A DNA stretch of 64,000 bases from IMG/VR virus record IMGVR_UViG_3300044675_007236; one strand, given 5' to 3'. Of the stretch, positions 61,184 to 64,000 are shown in pieces. The stretch comes from a virus (Duplodnaviria; Caudoviricetes). Position numbers and translations under genes: made by a program. Position 1 is the first letter of the stretch. Each line of letters opens with the position of its first letter. Under the pieces are notes generated by a model that was given only the letters and a program-made list of their open reading frames with translations, was not told the DNA's origin and made no database searches.

Positions 61184-61750
61184 TTACTCGGACTCGCAAG
61201 AGGTTTGCTCGGCCTGCCGATTGATTTGGCAGCGTAACCACGATCGACCACAGGCGTCGAGGAAATAAATCAAACTTGGCTCTCCGGCGTAGGCTAGTCG
61301 GAACCCGATCAATTCTACCTGCGACCACGGATCTGTCGGGAAATTCTTAACCCTAGCTTCGACCGGCTTGTGCGTCTTGACAATCGAATGTGTGATCTTG
61401 ACAAGATCGTCGAGGTTTAGGTCCTCCCAGCAAGATTTCGTAACTTGATCCACCAGCGGAGCCAATGCCCTTTCTGCTGCTCCTTGTCCGTTGTCACGGT
61501 CATACAGCTGCGGATTTAACGTATCTTTTCCTAGATCTACTTTCATCACACGACCCCTTAAATAGTCTTAATACTGGCCGCCTCTGTTGACTGTGCTAAT
61601 GCCGCTGGTGTACTGTCTTGCGTCTTCCACCGTCATGGGGACCGCACCGGACTCATCCAAAAAACCCATTCCCTGTTGCTTGCTTGCGTTAAACAGTGCC
61701 GCTAGTACTTCCGCTTTGTCCAACTTGCTAATATCAATTGTGTTGCTCAT
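61184..61750 (-). pseudogene. Conserved phage protein (IDISKLDKAEVLAAL...YDRDNG family) interrupted by an in-frame TAA
   Basis: The two ORF-track pieces are in one frame: ...GGQY*DYLRGRVMKVDL...LYDRDNGQGAA; the family as I recall it reads YFDYL.GRVMKVD. Confidence 0.65.
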
Positions 61751-61816
61751 TTTATAGTTCCCAAAAAAGTGTTAGTAAACCGGAGCCTATACCGGCAGAA
61801 GGCAGTTAGAACTAGA

Positions 61817-62077
61817 CTAGATGTCTAGCTCTTTAAGAACAGCAAGGACTTCTTCCTTAGTACGTTCAGGATGGTCGTTCCAGTCAACTACATTCATCCC
61901 TAAATGTTCTTTGAGTTTAGGGTAGTTCAAGTCACAAGTACCAGTAGCTTCCAGTAACCCTACCACGCAAAATCTACGAGCCTGAGGATCGTGAACTCTT
62001 ACACTTTGACCGCTTGCGTTTCTTGCGTAATCTCCTTGACACCAGTCTTTTTCTTCTAACAATTCCCAAGCTTTCAT
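61817..62077 (-). CDS. DUF6197-like paralog (cluster 2, c')
   Basis: Near-copy of 59592-59852. Confidence 0.75.
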   Translation of the reverse strand: MKAWELLEEKDWCQGDYARNASGQSVRVHDPQARRFCVVGLLEATGTCDLNYPKLKEHLGMNVVDWNDHPERTKEEVLAVLKELDI

Positions 62078-62394
62078 ATATCAAGCTCCTTAAGCAAAGC
62101 GATGACTTCTTCTTTGGTACGTTCAAGCTCGTCGTTCCAATTTATCAAACAGTCGTCGCGACCTAGAAACTCCAACTTTTCCTCGGCTTTGCCGATGTCA
62201 AAATATGCCGCTAAGTTTGCAGTATCGGTTTCCCACGGACCAAAAGTTTTAGCTGAGTGCTTTCGAAGAATGGCTCCGACGGCACAAAAGCTAATGGCAG
62301 TCGTATCGACAGGCCTACAAGTTAAGTCTAGTTCGTTTTTTGCCATGCGACCTTGGCACCAGCCGTACTTTTCAAGTATTTCAAAGGCTTTCAT
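62074..62394 (-). CDS. DUF6197-like paralog (cluster 2, b')
   Basis: Same terminal motifs. Confidence 0.75.
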   Translation of the reverse strand: MKAFEILEKYGWCQGRMAKNELDLTCRPVDTTAISFCAVGAILRKHSAKTFGPWETDTANLAAYFDIGKAEEKLEFLGRDDCLINWNDELERTKEEVIALLKELDI

Positions 62395-62678
62395 ATGTCA
62401 AGCTCCTTGAGTAACGCAACAACTTCTTCTTTGGTACGGCTAGAATGATCGTTCCAAACTGAAAGGCTTGCACTGCTTCCAAAACCAAGTTTACGGCAGG
62501 CTTTAGCAAGGTCTTCCGTTAGAGTAGTGCGTGAGCATCGATTCTTTCGATATATCGCACCTATTAAACAAAAGTTAGCTGCAGTTTTGTCGTTAATACT
62601 ACAGCCAACCCCTGTTTCGTCTGTTGCCAGGTTTTCTTGGCACCAGCCGTACTTTTCAAGTAGCTCGAAGGCTTTCAT
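62391..62678 (-). CDS. DUF6197-like paralog (cluster 2, a')
   Basis: Same terminal motifs. Confidence 0.75.
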   Translation of the reverse strand: MKAFELLEKYGWCQENLATDETGVGCSINDKTAANFCLIGAIYRKNRCSRTTLTEDLAKACRKLGFGSSASLSVWNDHSSRTKEEVVALLKELDI

Positions 62679-64000
62679 ATCAGTCTCCGTAGATAGGTAA
62701 AAGTAAACTGTCGCTGTCGCGAAGAGTATATTTTTGGCAAATGGCGATAACCCATTTAAAGTCTCGCTTAGAAATTAAAAGCACCTCGCCGCGACCAGTC
62801 ATACCGACAGCTGTCCAGCCTTTGTTAAGGTACAGTCGCAAAGAAGTTTCGTCCGCTTCAGGCCACAAGGCCTGAAAGTAGCTCAAAACAATCTTAGACT
62901 GCACTGGGTCTTCGGTTGAAAACATCATCAGGTACCTAACAGGATTTTTCATATCTTCCCAGTAGGATCCATGAATTGGAATTTTGAAATTTTGAGGCTT
63001 CTCCTGATAGTCAGAATTGAGACGGATCGCTTTTTCCCTTAGCTCGCAGATATCGTTTCGTCGCATTTCGGGATCAAGTGTTTCTACGATCACGTCTACA
63101 AATTTCTTGTAGCGATCTACTGTGCATTTCAAACACGGTAGACCGCTGATTTTGTCGCAACAGTTAGAGCAAAGATTTCTAAAACTAGCGTCGTTCATTT
63201 CTTTTTTCCCCTTTTATTACCACGTCTTTAGCGACACCAAATCCGCACAGTTTGGCAAACATTTCCTGCCAATCGAAAGCTTTTTCGTTCCACTCTCCGT
63301 CGATTTGTAATGGATGCGGGTTTAGAAGCTCTTCAAAATGGGCAAAAAGGTCGTGTTTGTCCGGTGCTTTCGACTTGCCGACTAGCTCCGCCGCTTTTTC
63401 AAGCGTCATTGTCGTTTTCATTTCTTTTTCCTCCATGGAACTTGAATTTCTGCAACTCTGCGGTTGGCTTCTGCACATTGTTTGTCGATACCGTCAAGCT
63501 CGGCAATAAGCCTTTCAGCAATATCGCCAAAATAAATTCGTATAAGCCTTTTGAGAATCTGGCGATCTCCGTGAGGCCAAACCAGACCGGCCTGCTTTAA
63601 GCTGTTTATGACAGCTTCGAGAACGATTGAATCTGTACTTTCCATGTCATTTGCTTTCTAAGTATTGATAGGCGGGACTAAGCTCGCGATCGTTCCAGTA
63701 GGTACCTACGATCATGCGATGCTGATCAACTGGTGTTTCGACTTTTATCGAAAGACCAGCTGCAATTTTTTCTTCAACAGCTGCGTTAAGTTTTTCAGAA
63801 CGCAAACGGTATGAATCCCAACAAAAGCGGCGATAGTCCTCTAGGGGTAGAGATCCAGCATAAACTGCTGTTATCGATTTACAGTTACGGGCAACCCTTT
63901 TGACAACCAAATGCGTCCAGTCAGCGGGAGGTATTTCGTCTACGAAAACGATAATACCAATTGGTTTTCGAAGCCGATTCCAGACAGTCGCTTCAAATAG

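Noticed and set aside
1-64000. CRISPR array accompanying the RAMP-like gene
   Set aside because: I found no regularly spaced 25-45-bp direct repeats with unique spacers by eye. A dedicated tool run would be more reliable.
1-64000. Alternative genetic code (stop-codon reassignment)
   Set aside because: Long conserved genes are intact in code 11 and end in TAA, TAG or TGA. Only one isolated internal TAA was seen.

Overview
A 64-kb internal segment of a large dsDNA bacteriophage genome. It is gene-dense, almost entirely minus-strand and uses the standard genetic code. The host is probably a planctomycete, inferred from a DUF2997/DUF1257/AAA/DUF3150 module, an RNAP alpha-CTD-like ORF and a Pirellula-style small secreted Cys-containing peptide. 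Bases 66-13.3 kb form a replication/recombination operon: a family-A DNA polymerase with an N-terminal UDG-like domain, primase, DnaB-like helicase, SF2 helicase and SbcC/SbcD. Two unexpected ORFs sit in its middle, a solo RAMP/Cas7-like protein and an IS110/Nop-domain-like protein. The remainder is mostly small accessory genes (adenine MTase, GHKL ATPase, HD hydrolase, dCTP deaminase, RNase H, Lar, GP88, RNA ligase, tRNA-Ile2). A plus-strand GpA-type terminase carries an intein whose LAGLIDADG homing endonuclease is encoded in a different, overlapping frame. The other main oddities are: (i) five GGC-NNN-periodic Gly/Tyr cassettes with conserved end boxes, visible segment shuffling between loci and a downstream non-terminator hairpin; (ii) a tightly spaced array of four atypical tRNA-like RNAs directly upstream of an RNA ligase; (iii) six tandem DUF6197-like paralogs; (iv) a 297-bp non-coding element bounded by 22-bp perfect inverted repeats. 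All family assignments come from motifs I recognise by eye, not from database searches.
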